Shown: positions 52,701-58,032 of the stretch, one piece after another | How the letters are laid out: every line of letters starts with the position of its first letter | Numbering within the stretch: the first letter of the stretch is position 1 | Virus record (IMG/VR): IMGVR_UViG_3300021255_000136 | Coordinates: 1 to 64,000 of that record | DNA length: 64,000 nt | Reading direction: 5' to 3' (one strand) | Source: a virus | Lineage: Duplodnaviria; Caudoviricetes | Notes under the pieces: generated by a model | Database searches by the model: none | Seen by the model: only the letters and a program-made list of their open reading frames with translations | What the model was told of the DNA's origin: nothing | Program-made: the position numbers and the translations under genes

Positions 52701-55044
52701 CGTCGTCTTCCTTGTCCGGTCCGAAACCGACAAAGCGTTCATGAAGATTTATGTTGCCATCGCCGTAGACGACGCCCATTCCGTTCTCCATGGCATTGTA
52801 ATCCGCTACCTGCCGCTGGAGATAATCCGCATATTCCTGCGCAGCTGTCTCCGGATTAGCCGCATAGAGATCGGCCTTCACCTTATTGAGTTCTGCATCC
52901 CACAGCTGTGTGTTTGCATAGTCCAGTGCTTTCTGTAGGAATGCCGGATCGGATTCATCACCGAAGGCTTTTCCGTAACGACGGGTTGCATCCTGCAGTT
53001 GATCGCTTGCATCATTCCTCGCCGTTCTTGCTTCGCCTAATGCCTTCTGTGCTTCGTTCGACGCTGTTATGGAAGCTTCATACTGCTCCCACAGTACATT
53101 ATAATCATCAACCATCTGCTTGGTGATCTGCCACTGCTGGAGACTGTTGAACTTCTCATTCTCTGCTATTATCTTTTCTTCGAGCTCCTTATAGGCAGTG
53201 TACTTGGCGTCGGCATCTGCTTCTAAGGTATCGTATGCCGTAGCCGCAGTATCGTATCTTACCTGGGCTTCATCAAGAAGTTTCTCTGCAGCGGTATCGT
53301 GGTAGTAGTGTGCCTGGTCCTGCTCGATCTGGAATGCATACATTTCTGCGGAAGACTCGCTATCAAACTTGCCAAGCTGTTCGCCTGTAGCCTTGTAGTG
53401 GTCCTCTGCTTCCTTTTGGGATACATGCTTCCACTCCCCATCTACTTCGATCACAGTGGGGATAAGCACGTACTGATCGCCATCCTGGATAACTACAGAG
53501 TCTACAGTAGAGTACGTGCCGTCGACATTCGTCAGTACAGGGCGGGCGTTAAGATCTATGTTACCGCCAGCCGTACCGTAGTCAGCTTCTGTTGATGCAG
53601 GAGTGAAGTACCCAAGAGCAGACTGCAAAGACTCTACAGTAGCCTGCCAATCTTCTACCGTTTCGTTACCAAGGAATGCAGCCTTGATCTTTCTGTCATT
53701 ATTCAGATTCGTTGCAGTATTCAGGTCGTTGGTGTACTGCTCCTCAATACGTTTCCGCTCTGCAACAGCCTCATCAAGATCAGCCTTTGCTTCTTTCTCA
53801 GCGTCCAGTACGCCGAAGTCATACTCCGCGCCGCTGTTCCTATAATTATCTGCGTCGAGATGCGCCTTGTCATATGCGGCCTGTGCCTTATCTACAGCAT
53901 CGTTAGCGGTCTTTATGTCCGCCTGATACTGAGTAGTAAGCGGAGTCGTATCGATCATGTCGTACTGCCGCATTTCATTGTCGTATGCAACGAGAGCATT
54001 GAACAGGCCTTGAATACTAGGCCAGTTTTTGTCAGGATCGCCTTGGGCCAGCTTCTGGATATCCTCAAGAGTATACCCGGCTTCTTCAGCGCCCTTCATT
54101 TCGTCCGTGCCCCACTTGGACCCGAATTCATTTGCATCCGCTAGAACATTAGCCGCCCACTTAATAACTTCTTCGCGCTTCTCAGGAGTGTTGTATTTGT
54201 CGCCCTCATTGACAATGAAGTCAATAACAGCATTAACCTGAGGCGTCATAGCGTCCTGCCATTTTTCGATACCAGTTTTCCCGCCTGGGTCGTTGGTATA
54301 GTTCCGGACATCGCCTTCAAGAACTTCGTCCTCTCCGGTAGGCATTATCCAGTAGTTAGGATCACTCTCTGGGGGGAAAGACCTGCCGCCATTCTGGAAG
54401 TACTTCTCATATCTGGCCTGCTCTGCGGCATTAGCCTGAGCAATCTGGTCGGCTTCTTTCTTCTTTTCTTCGGAGAAAGTATCACCGTCCATATTCGCCA
54501 CGACGTTCTTGAGCCAGTCGGGCCAGGTATCCATACCTTCCATGATCTTCTCGCCGTTCGACTCCGTGGCTTTCTCGGTCTGAGATTCAGTGGCCTTCTC
54601 CCCTGCGTGGCTGGCAGCTTCAGTATTCTTGGTCTCTTCTGGCTGCGTTACAGTATTATCCTCAGTCTCTTCCTGGATTGGAGTTTCTGGAGCAGACGTC
54701 TCGGTATTGGAAACCTCTGATCCGTCCCCATCGTAAGAGTCATCGATAGGATTAGTATTAGAAGGGGTATCTGTTTCCCATGAATAATTATCGCTATCAT
54801 TCGAACCGTTATCACTTGGGAAAAGAGTCTCCGGCGCATTAGATGGGTCATAAGAATTCGTAATCGGATTAATCTTATCCGTACTGTTATAATCCGCAGT
54901 TGGGGTATACGAGTCCGCCCGGTCCATTGCGTCGTAGTCTATATCATACGACTTCGTCTCAGGAGTTGGAGTTACGGAAGGTACTGATATATTATGGTTA
55001 CCAAAATCTTTTTCTTTACCTAGTTCATCTTTTACTAGCGCCAT
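31753..55044 (-). CDS. giant polyvalent protein (7763 aa), probably virion-packaged and injected
   Basis: Uninterrupted ORF with AAAAGGAG SD; two ART-PolyVal-like domains (HGS/HGT...GYDG/GYDS), two HExxH sites (HEISH, HEIQH), LPD3-, LPD23- and LPD38-like segments recognised by motif. Confidence 0.92.
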   Translation of the reverse strand: MALVKDELGKEKDFGNHNISVPSVTPTPETKSYDIDYDAMDRADSYTPTADYNSTDKINPITNSYDPSNAPETLFPSDNGSNDSDNYSWETDTPSNTNPIDDSYDGDGSEVSNTETSAPETPIQEETEDNTVTQPEETKNTEAASHAGEKATESQTEKATESNGEKIMEGMDTWPDWLKNVVANMDGDTFSEEKKKEADQIAQANAAEQARYEKYFQNGGRSFPPESDPNYWIMPTGEDEVLEGDVRNYTNDPGGKTGIEKWQDAMTPQVNAVIDFIVNEGDKYNTPEKREEVIKWAANVLADANEFGSKWGTDEMKGAEEAGYTLEDIQKLAQGDPDKNWPSIQGLFNALVAYDNEMRQYDMIDTTPLTTQYQADIKTANDAVDKAQAAYDKAHLDADNYRNSGAEYDFGVLDAEKEAKADLDEAVAERKRIEEQYTNDLNTATNLNNDRKIKAAFLGNETVEDWQATVESLQSALGYFTPASTEADYGTAGGNIDLNARPVLTNVDGTYSTVDSVVIQDGDQYVLIPTVIEVDGEWKHVSQKEAEDHYKATGEQLGKFDSESSAEMYAFQIEQDQAHYYHDTAAEKLLDEAQVRYDTAATAYDTLEADADAKYTAYKELEEKIIAENEKFNSLQQWQITKQMVDDYNVLWEQYEASITASNEAQKALGEARTARNDASDQLQDATRRYGKAFGDESDPAFLQKALDYANTQLWDAELNKVKADLYAANPETAAQEYADYLQRQVADYNAMENGMGVVYGDGNINLHERFVGFGPDKEDDDIELEDAFDAYMVYDDGQYVNVPAMVKDENGEWQYLSRSEAAKHYRETGEYFGKYDTLTESRIARDKLQNEISDTLYESYWTRQYNELDEQIVALDSQIDDVLDPNDENVKLYNDLIAQQKAVLEEKKKYSSSQDDTKLTDEQTKRAKFFQNELQTQKARDYYNSAIGLISDNSGRGLENIIAQTKAELGYSMDDWNADYTDFSEQWKEEHGLGNAKGLNSRFQEQLDMDFFKAYPEYASGNRGLVGEREQAFANYLLDTAASGQYDARLNQSITEYANYLLGNGNKPNSSWWESGNESTLNTLWTNFDAAHPEYQKAIDQKNEELGYQKSFRGIQVQVGVDEQGHGVYGVDIQRDKNYQDKVKAGERFADLAMAIRGSKRIDQDTINPNAQQAYQQQLKGVTGLLDVIPGLTDTQKKEAEQYIARFGVGNVLPNDTWSYTELQTYAYYIGNGELQTALEYAKDQNRLHDGETHEARVKAVQDFSAAMAGNLFDGKRNWGDAAGAAYLLGSIFVTGIPTALGFGITDSIGFYNEAKRTGEVPIYANPTVMELMDAVNAGLYGELGEHWQKNINIPFFGETTLSAATLPKALQSAMQSTYVVGMAGALASVAGVAAPALATEAAAKAISWGYTTLAYGGASYANAFQESFARTGDVNKANQYALASAFADGFSEAVSLDIIFDKIPDIELSSNGLFNDIVNGVLKTSTSGFVEASEEFNTEKLTNAIAEWIEGERSEYHTRKNELLQESDITPEEAEYILKQEEKKKLADIVTDSFASGALMGFGNAVREGKTNQTYRQIGNDMLKSGLGIDFTNSVLDHSKDPVMMQYAAESPVTPVAAAVQRAAEAGYTPSETTGDTETTTVENAAPAAPETPAVIPPANATPAAPAAPVAQEGSTPEENQAPAIIPPANTTPTGPAPNRHGEERAEQQQPLAIPRAKADENGKFPSSPDDTEEESRVKAILNRKQDSVTIKEAREIARDQGLRDAFKAITGIELTGTIKNMADQIRSAKAGLAAEVKNGSSEAEGVSENAPEVTKEELTPEQQKYNENYDNLVKLNQEQTGLEDRLEKLQQNGRAATIFSTIARTGKKVPTIFGNGVAYEKQLANGKNIHIEFADGDKHHLFPRAFIYNGDGTITGFNAGAKGKTQTFKSQAEYVASYNYKQEDGIDQTIEKIGNANKDVADILNGWYDSAVEKLQNKLNDVRGKYNDAMQYLLAHTSDAPSVTSGATSETTGTTTEEATAPVEPASVDQTPASPITEQAPEVAEAEQQNEAPATPVIPTKEQFDDQQNSGKEDASAPGKDKKPIDLTGKTKAERIAGLEEAQNNVYNASDKFTRLNDAKDAFALFSMMDQAKDVDHWTNSNNFGYEWTLADGTVIHVDSPYDLRALAESGFSREEIDKQRKKYFNGGLDKATKAPTDVAVEAWINFSDGTTIDLGDAGNRKKGVSEKTDYATLWYGIDFVLHELNKHSETKSFVDEAMGNFETMRQQAETERNDARQYLKDYRAAMADSSNGKQYSVGKDTKQEQSTVDGTELSRNGEPSADTQKGEPLRVQNPQDTTTDTETATEGTTARTHTEGTPTPGPTEGNGETDYRGFDKGEQAREITSLAQDIRNRWNSRMQAVAENGTRIQAEIAEIYERMKNNQSRPNDASRLKYLEQQQANNTAKTGDIARDIGKLALMVREFDPGMFNAIVLENGEGMFKTMPNWFFNAVNEFDHEARQNTESMAYLYAKTQNPNSIVLSDIGTTLHDKYGLDAGTAADVQSFLEGILKGSARITYKSIQEFAAQDFMKDYNTRNAIYNYILNTVGQQSEDLLKVIQTGDINDVLNNTWKFFRLANANIEQREARSAGISQNNEREYRGQQQMNRSMGYTQGSYGPTPTPVHANDNLAQLMQARQQAQLGGTNNPNIEAFRMDVIPPANTSMPGAATENRAPRVQSSKTTTKTESKAAQPAPRLDPQTRIASYQASIPQSAKDVAGRQIKIGRRTYNVYSYYNMRHAQNSNVTLDVAAKEFKLILDGAGQNAAINWVAKTEGTDTGAAVVKKGDKADTTEKPKNPKEQKVKNLDEELEKKLGAREVHPRSWEDKVRLNPSFPWKTRREFVESEVSKGKSAEEAHLQFDMMMDRAANDTFGTMEVEYGITVTKPDRTASNKTAEKAKSTKSEPKKSTSKKSAPKTQTAPQPFRVPNVGATVESTQREIASLTSERDRIYNDPKGNAERLQEVERKLAAAQEDLATLQSRHGGTDNDIRPNDSTPAERSVNPDDSGAAGTVSAGQVGSAESEAQNSGGGEGISGAEESSDGRDLRGRRVNATLLDLSGEKKRDTIEYNHGFVVYDSFSDDESVLTNEERSAVRRAQSAGVERVFFVDADGLYSLIRDENGKVINRTPFDGVVFNNHGMDTMIINVNRDIKNAHHEISHEMLKKLNDAERSKYLKKAIGAIFKGKKSLFDRLYDYYSGLYKDAYANKSPEEFEQAVLNEMYADLVNGIDRMSWMHGVSLIQSDMPTYQRLAQKFELDNKLVEYATSEAAQTQDYSDFVKGKQYSLSQPVTMDGDNVAEDNQGASLSRGQLEYFKGSRVRDNLGRLLKLWHGSITHATQNIFDPQWAADHLSFFAVDDPRIAGSYSGTMREVNPMREMTEVPGIEEMDDNELGDFLAKRAEEETGYSDGYGRVFVENELYDNVENLYTLAHSLDTLMALAPYSKDFLNAAQRIRNLMEAAAGDADNYFEGVIEQAKIARDHLPEIAEIAPSLKRFIDKIMNQLEEELDNFEYLYDELYDAYENNESVFEFDGEMVSREDAIELAQQFAPPTVEDFTTRGNRPLYANLKNPYIYDAEGGIWSRLSDKDGIRAYLERIGNPKQQENFLFREDIPGTMTTNGVVNWAHAHGYDGVIFRNIEDVGGKDDGTLDGTLATIVVGFESNQFKDPDNKNPTNDPDFRFSISSAQDWYENATEDERKVEMASIRTFGITSNYRHGGYIIPQGQMLNFSGSHELRPQDRQTYEKFQENRTVDHREIANVYKSVGIDVGTNMQDKGMVEFMRQGNIRMQPEAPGVHLFKTTAPTTEQLATIEKYIEWAQQNRRVHGSDTFMVDIMDDNGNNAESKTFKLGQSADDITDEIAYYYEHGSFKRKYVSPFAMFFSLSVDDWKDSTRSSTVKVVDAATEIFGTTPYFCYGGYITPYGDMLDFSGIDQQMDSLLAMGEPAEEVEEMRTWMKNNPNGMRTGGATHSTVEKAYKQSGVKLLPDNNNYRSDFIERGNVRIAAEGPAIEASAGAELTDVQCEKLLDYIKWVFSHKDWPGSSQWAKDPKLTVEINGGYGTTFYDFSTSPESIVMDIKEKAASPKKNYVSNLSMFFSLSSGASEIETNGDSANKLYSLSTWNASDYVTDREKAITALVEQLGVTYEQAEKWVDDVNSVAKMIAEDKGRLDYKDTGKSPFVSNAEYGGSFDFTTLCKKRRLLTGTFSAIQNALPNTVLTPFDVLSIRAMMDDAGLEVSCGKCYVEGSRATMGIFTKEFLKLYEKYHPGEWVPNMAQMNTPDGIEWVRQNHPEVYEEYEYFWNHYGTLRKGDKNLFASQQKPKLYQMRSAYKGEIRQHFEDADMIREKNRNGGIRMQSFSDFEIVHLIDAMQVITDMSRVGLQGQAYTKVPDFAWALGDTGLKINLSIDAWSVDENGKLVFNNKEGMNFDTAMELRNAYPRNVGTICCVYDDAQLLAALADDRIDFIIPFHRSQWKKAQYKAMGLPATTKDYTYQQNEKWLNPKEHTHKWQGRDVPTKCTNYMPNEYWDFSKSGKENAEKYLGMCARDGKRPKFYKFLTDNKDGSYSLKEDGSTDGYWKLLIDFKMYDNNGNGSPQLPVRPIFNMDQVNRMLNSYDENPNVFPVAHGIVDKFVAQYKEQHPGMQYSLSKSDQQYMDAVKSDDMETAQAMVEKAAKKAGYKKEAFHGTQSFGFNEFRMISANELGVHFGTRAAAEAFYNNLYNNLGDNPGIYDVYLKMENTLRTPDVWGDPMALKNMMDDVDDWIEDGYIPRRAVNTKWTKANSKKLKEALVRNEAYDQYEADAQRWQDALYNEGEFEGAAVTDDDLDDLGRIANLSAQKYLLGLGYDSIRYINEMEDAGNESYIMLNAENIKRADAVTYDDDGNIIPLSQRFDDSNRDMRFSVAKNVVDVNGQTYDEVVYMDTDLKSRYFRNAEFNNFVMNNFAGMEIGTVSDYGVPETIVFADAKDKDVSKHGNAHHPLTELTYGRGRNRTTRMVYLNAPEVVQISKFEGYSEQDTDPRENHQWMDRNGFEYRKAYVMDRQNIYPVILSIAQADDGRSILYHAMMQKNNAVGVAFQPTSRNNPNIDFNGENQDWFARHPIASNNSIPQDGEGVNKQYSISAGMTEDERYEELKDRTITAVVDTKSQDYAEELSELEAESIAKSRAEKVIYPLAEKLGILNRALSSPEVEIEFLFSKNGGLRESLHKQLRTGGTYLDFAKALINIDDLLNSAVLIEAHTDKYAGTKRESRNLIDTKVLLSVFKDENSLVPVQFEIKNTSNDGGKLYMTVALAKIKADVTGRTEESKTPASALVSATYSIADIFKNVNPQDGHFLKYIPNQFLDDEQIAAKNEAVDEDNRRIDRYKTSEQRDMDPMYSIAVSDPDTLNFLNDQLENGDVVYTYKSFLEYEDENGDPYLIAPMAGVQKDETGKKSQSHALRPGVWEESVGNPNSKSLGKKVNDKTGEVSWTYGLEKSDVDGSVVPAAYNPYQHSSDVVLNDQFSIAYKRPNLVTYMCAIPKSELTSGYHFGVTDPEKATRSDGDIVTAKDAVGMHDWKSGSLASQLENTQRHVYLSRWLMPVRKLSNIEVAQQYKEILDREAPGLGVPFNVVPSGLLSALQEVGVPIDLTGTGLSEANYRKYLSEVNAAREEAGLEPFPYSYQTKAERDAAKKERKSAQAVRDEVDRIEKRFSLAGPAAKGADLGKLESAEQREIAGYSRDEIWKDTGWFRGVDGKWKWEIYDKDFTIRPAVLDQEWNAAIQSSLGNAENYRSEYKLPEVLRNAGMLFANYPDLKNYTVVFTEMPSNVRGEFDPSSFTITIALDDLVGYLSEAERDVRSTLMHEIQHAIQYMEGFASGSNLEAWDDQIDVNGKRVPYTPKDRAKKALEAMKLYIPADGLNRLYAMAETRNEMLHLTLQDFQKNGQLYYEKKREDYQKELLWAIGEYGLGEVADFLSNYDLSQSRNRSHKNDSDYDLYRNTAGEIEARDVQSRLEWGAERRRRNAPKYSRDAIFNTVNSWGVAGSYSLSIDPNAAYDAFGDEVEISNTNPTDLTQSELSPNLYYSDDTAYYQLDSGETVVMENVGGDSPEAQYINYLEAMNNANSTDRTTTQPYTIPPANRDVDTGYRLREQDAGLRRGTEEVPAQDQEGTSRRTGDNGELYEQSQPQSEAQEGVSKQFSVGFENPMRENATGDQTFTFRNASGQQITTLDTFPINSFEYNYLLNANQNDPFKLEDIVNEYVNRNGPQALADSFERLKGVVDYADDLTEEKKEQLHKAIDSAIKKYGKLPKGRGDKKDDVHLPKKSADNTAVRKHMQTVAANVENEHLTERMLYEGMTNELLGYTPQSNARSIRLARSILSNRFNGNFDQAMNTFSAMVESGELPRAEWIALAELLIQEFSSDPNTYDKAVKVAADLSILGTNLGQAVQAMSIIKKATPQGQLYYINGVINHLNATYAKRIENPKNKMQRITLNQELAERLMAATSRQEISDIMELIKKDIADQIPATIMDKWNAWRYLAMLGNPRTHIRNFVGNAAFMPAVFMKDLILRRLEQIPGIIDPEYKMHVPGAELTGWVGLFGKESDNTYVRFAQRDYATMQDVVAGKRTGNKFNDISDILNKRDIFGWAPLDKLSKKNGEFLEKSDFAFQKRYYVRALAEALQAQGVSEEDLLKAMEVGEENSEEPTIFNTREGREMLNKARQYATMQAQRDTYHELNTFAMALNRFKSTSGPIGNVLMEGLLPFVSTPANILVLGAAKYSLPGFIKSLVDLKAALKNGDGNTMQILDNMAAGLTGTGVMILGALLASAGLLRGGGTGDDDKDKMKKLQGHQNWAVEFTVDGKKVSYTMDWMAPMSMPLFVGATIYNLVSGQVDLSTPSNLWTALMGIADPMLAMSMLDGFENTLSSLAYSSDVNGISALLAAMTTSYFAQGMPTFFGQIARTADPDRRATYTDKNSPMPGALQRFVQNSIQSKVPGWASQKMAYVDAWGRTDTNDSWFLRALENFLSPGYANVINETPVDAELMRLYEATGDNSIIPKQLSKSFKTDEGLKDLTAEEFEQLMKVAGSAAYQICFEVMTDPVYIQADDAGKLAMMQQAFDIAKDFGRHTVSDHYALDMTKQTALKVGAADYITTKYNLPNAYSNDDLFQLLAVTPSLTTEQIADMVSAEFAPPRELSSVGNVGYVYEITDEDKAAMRDIFNEEIRAEMRKLENSQDYAEADDRERGYLINDAYNRARETTKERYSEILDNSSRAMEVGRASQAGKEKFNVAINMDGTVAEQAAYLADSYAVPSKIDNPDKKGFVINLTDAQKRDLDKEFAAAWDKEYAETLNSSAYRLAETEEDREAIVAARFNATASKVEEAFARNLSATGQVKTQFTMTADQAGEDGDFFIEDDADEYAVEALADVKAGYKWTEAYQIALDNFSTVEEQVRWMAGKMTGASSIDNPDQIGHKMVLSTDQKNTEARHEQERFIDVAIQMMNSAEFKALSFNEQAGALRDLDNAVAKLEEGKYARWLIDNSIPYEDKRDVTASRNDVFFSMLFNDKLTREEQFDLLQQRYTSKVGTSVKNNTLSYVERAHRVEAYMDYMEQNFDAFTSKYLTDDQEVAMIDRIASAFEGSLHKSGMSTSGNQTARDFGIVRKVSDEQDRANKADPNWGFNRWMSQPLDFTRDLGTSGTQTTPFVIPPNTQASSTTTPAQSSSSRATSSNGRKLDYNMHWSDYEKITNNRRK
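36417..36638 (-). CDS. nested +1-frame small protein inside the giant gene (73 aa)
   Basis: GGAGG 9 nt before ATG; amphipathic helical sequence; host frame is a polar linker. Confidence 0.55.
   Translation of the reverse strand: MPTVLTEPQRNLIQYLLQIGMSILDIVSVNRMLAYDEERKKFLRRIKKEHLDAQETMENCMNRVNRRVKRRKV
45768..45959 (-). CDS. nested +1-frame small protein inside the giant gene (63 aa)
   Basis: GGAGG 8 nt before ATG 45959; protein-like composition ending DEIFGDDE; host frame is a G/S/E linker. Confidence 0.6.
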   Translation of the reverse strand: MIFDRMIVRLPNGASIPMTQEQLELYQQGKWDPLNPKPRTAEEEKEYQGRKKALMDEIFGDDE

Positions 55045-55063
55045 TACGCATTATCTCCTTTTA

Positions 55064-57151
55064 TCAATAGAGACTTATTTGCCTTCCAGACGGAAGGGTA
55101 TAGAGCTGGCTTGAACCGGATGCATTATCCCACGCCGTGTTCAGATTCGCGCGATCCATATCAGCGGTTGTAGCTGTAGTAGGTACGCTCCAGTTGGTAG
55201 GTAATACATTTCTGTCGGCGGCTAAAGCATTATTAAGGTTCGCAAGGTCAGTAGAGGTATCCGCACTAGCCGTAGCTCCGCTCGCCGTTGGCGTCGTAGT
55301 CAAACCGGTTAAGCCACCCAGAGCCCCGCCATAGCCAAGAGCAAACGGGTCAACAACGGACGATGTCGTCTGATTGTTGCTCGGCAGATTAAGCGACGGG
55401 TAATAGCTCATTTGCGTTCCGCCGCCAAGTCCGAACGCACCAGAAAGCGCACCGCCAGCAGCAGACCTGTCGTAACTTGCTGTTGGCATAGACGCAATCG
55501 CTGCGGCCTGTTCAGCCAGCATGCCCATAGCCGAGAGCTGTTCAGCCGTTGGGATGATGCCCTTCTCCAGCAGTGCCTGACCAGATGCCGCAAGGATCTG
55601 ACGGGCATTCTGCTGTGCCTGATATGTCGGCGTACCATCCGCAAAGGAACCCGTTGCCTCAGCCGCTTTAAGTTGTGCCTCAAGTGCGGCATTCCGTGCG
55701 TTGATGCCATAGTTACCGGCATTGATCTGGTTGTTGAGATAGTCATTCGCTGCATTCCTTCTCGCATCGAACATCGCCTGCTCCTGGTTGTATGCAGCAT
55801 TGAACAGATCAGTAGCCTGATTCCAACGGGCGTTGTACAAACTGTTCTCCTGCTGATATGCATTCTGCCAGAGCTGCTGTGCCTGATTCCATCTTGCATT
55901 GTACAGGCTGTTCTCCTGCTGATACGCATTATTGAACTGGTTCTGGTTCTGCTCCATCATGACCTTGGCCAGATTAAGATTCGATGCCTGAGCCTCAAGT
56001 TGAGCATCCACCAGACTTAGCTTGTAATTCTCTTCCCACTGAGCAACCTGGAGATTGAACTCGTCAATGCCAACGTTCGCCTCTTTAGCCCATGTGGACA
56101 AATCCATCAGCTTGGACAGATACTGCTGCGAAATATTAAGCAGCTGATTTGCTTTCTCGAATTCGCCCTGAGCACGGAGATCGGCCACCTGTCTTGCCGT
56201 GTCTGTTGCCAATTGCGTCTGCTCGGTCTGTACCGTCAGTCGATTAGTAGCCGCTGTATTCTGGATCGTATCATACTGAGCCTGACCAATACCGCCACGG
56301 TCACCTCTTGCTTCAGTATACAGTGCCTGGTTGTCCTTTGCTCTGGCCTCATCAATATCGATCTGCCTCTGCTGAGTCTGGAACTGGCGCTGTGCCTCCT
56401 GCATCTGTCTCTGCAGTTGTGCCGTACCTTGCGCAACATTATAGTCCGCACTGTTAATAGCCTGCTGCCTCTGAGCCTCAGTCAACTGGCCAAGCAGTGC
56501 CTCTTCTCTTACGGTGTCTATGTTGTTTACTCTGCCGACATCGACCCCCGCTTCCTGCATCGCCTGCTGGAAGTTGATCTGATCCGGTAACGCAACCTTA
56601 TCCGGAAGAGCGATCTCATTCGGAAGATTTACATTGTTCGGCAGAGCTACCTCATTAGGCAGCGCAATATTATTCGGCAGAGCTACTTCATTCGGAAGAG
56701 CTACCTGCCCAGGTACATTCAATTGAGTCTGCTGTGGAAAATTAAGCCCCGCATTTTCCAGAAGAGCTTTATTAGCGTTGGCGTTTGCAGGGTTATTATA
56801 CAGGTTGTCTCTTACTGCAGAAGTATCTACTGGTTCTGCAGGCTCTGTTTCTGCTGGTGTAGTCATACCCATAAGCATATCCGTGTAGCCTTGCAATCCG
56901 CCGATATCTCGTATGCCCGCGCCAGAGTAACTGCGTCTTGAACTGGATGAACCTGTCCGTGCTCTCTCTGCTGCGAGGTCTGCTGCACTTGGTCTAGGGG
57001 TATCGTCTACATAGTAATGATGGCTTCCGGCATAACTGTAGCTCGGTTTCCAAGAACTGTCACCGCCCGGAGCGCCGTATGGGTTTTTTACGCCTGAAGG
57101 ATTGGATTCTGTCGCGGGCACAGTGCCACTACCAGTACTAGAGACTGCCAT
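55064..57151 (-). CDS. Q/N/A-rich helical protein, putative internal virion/ejection protein
   Basis: GGAGGTG SD; 6-aa (VALPNE) and 22-aa repeats; directly upstream of the giant gene. Confidence 0.7.
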   Translation of the reverse strand: MAVSSTGSGTVPATESNPSGVKNPYGAPGGDSSWKPSYSYAGSHHYYVDDTPRPSAADLAAERARTGSSSSRRSYSGAGIRDIGGLQGYTDMLMGMTTPAETEPAEPVDTSAVRDNLYNNPANANANKALLENAGLNFPQQTQLNVPGQVALPNEVALPNNIALPNEVALPNNVNLPNEIALPDKVALPDQINFQQAMQEAGVDVGRVNNIDTVREEALLGQLTEAQRQQAINSADYNVAQGTAQLQRQMQEAQRQFQTQQRQIDIDEARAKDNQALYTEARGDRGGIGQAQYDTIQNTAATNRLTVQTEQTQLATDTARQVADLRAQGEFEKANQLLNISQQYLSKLMDLSTWAKEANVGIDEFNLQVAQWEENYKLSLVDAQLEAQASNLNLAKVMMEQNQNQFNNAYQQENSLYNARWNQAQQLWQNAYQQENSLYNARWNQATDLFNAAYNQEQAMFDARRNAANDYLNNQINAGNYGINARNAALEAQLKAAEATGSFADGTPTYQAQQNARQILAASGQALLEKGIIPTAEQLSAMGMLAEQAAAIASMPTASYDRSAAGGALSGAFGLGGGTQMSYYPSLNLPSNNQTTSSVVDPFALGYGGALGGLTGLTTTPTASGATASADTSTDLANLNNALAADRNVLPTNWSVPTTATTADMDRANLNTAWDNASGSSQLYTLPSGRQISLY

Positions 57152-57221
57152 TTACCCCACCTCCTTATATACGAATAAAGGGGATGACTTATTAATTAAA
57201 GTCAATCCCCTATCAAGTCTA

Positions 57222-57494
57222 TTACTGTATAATCTCATCGCTGTAATCCCCATACTGTACCTCCCCATTACCGTAATAGTAATTGTATTCTTTCGGGGAG
57301 CCGTCTGCGAAACCTTCACCGATGATATATGCGATGATCATACCGCCAGCCATAATCATAGCGGTAATTCGCTCAGTTGTGCCGGAGCTTCCACCTGCAA
57401 GTACAAGGATGTTCGCGATAAAACCGGCAACAGCCATCCAGAATTTACGGGAGGTAAATTTTCTTGCAAGGTTCTTTTTCATTTCTTCATTCAT
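57222..57494 (-). CDS. holin-like two-TM protein
   Basis: RKFTSRKFWMAVAGFI...MAGGMIIAYIIGEGFAD; AAGGAGG SD; in lysis cluster. Confidence 0.75.
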   Translation of the reverse strand: MNEEMKKNLARKFTSRKFWMAVAGFIANILVLAGGSSGTTERITAMIMAGGMIIAYIIGEGFADGSPKEYNYYYGNGEVQYGDYSDEIIQ

Positions 57495-57597
57495 AGTTAC
57501 CATCCTCCTTACGGTTTCCTGTGATGGTCCTCATTACTCACAATACATGCGTAAGTAACGAAGAGAACAAAAACAATAAAAGCCAATGTGTTTTCCA

Positions 57598-58026
57598 TCA
57601 TGCCGCATGCACCAGAAATCCACCGGTTGTTTTCATTTCGTGATACGTCTTCTCTATGTATTCCATAGCTACTTCCCCACGGCTGTTTTTAAAATCCGGG
57701 TGGTTTATAACGAACCGCTTATAATAACTGACGTCGTCAAGAATGTCCTCGAAGTGACTCTCCGAGCACGGCATCTCTCCTCGTGACATCGCCCGACATA
57801 GTTCGTCATAAAATCTCAATATCCTGACTCGTACCTGTTTTGCATTGTCGAATTCATTTTCCTTGATGTGTTTGTCCAACTTCTTGTCGAGACCATCCAC
57901 CTTATCACCCAGTGCGGCTAGACTCGCTTCTGTCTTCTTCCTATTAGCGATGATAGTAGGAATGACGCCAACAAGAGCAACAAGAATCGGAGCCAACACC
58001 TGGATGAGGGCAATTAAATTTGCCAT
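57598..58026 (-). CDS. lysis-cluster membrane protein (N-terminal TM + coiled coil, RVRILRFYDE family)
   Basis: Hydrophobic N-terminus; family recalled next to clostridial phage holins. Confidence 0.7.
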   Translation of the reverse strand: MANLIALIQVLAPILVALVGVIPTIIANRKKTEASLAALGDKVDGLDKKLDKHIKENEFDNAKQVRVRILRFYDELCRAMSRGEMPCSESHFEDILDDVSYYKRFVINHPDFKNSRGEVAMEYIEKTYHEMKTTGGFLVHAA

Positions 58027-58032
58027 CATCGA

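Noticed and set aside
31832-54241. Many + strand ORFs and most alternative-frame - strand ORFs within the giant gene
   Set aside because: Antisense or off-frame shadows with no SD and atypical composition; only 36417-36638 and 45768-45959 have a well-spaced GGAGG and protein-like sequence.
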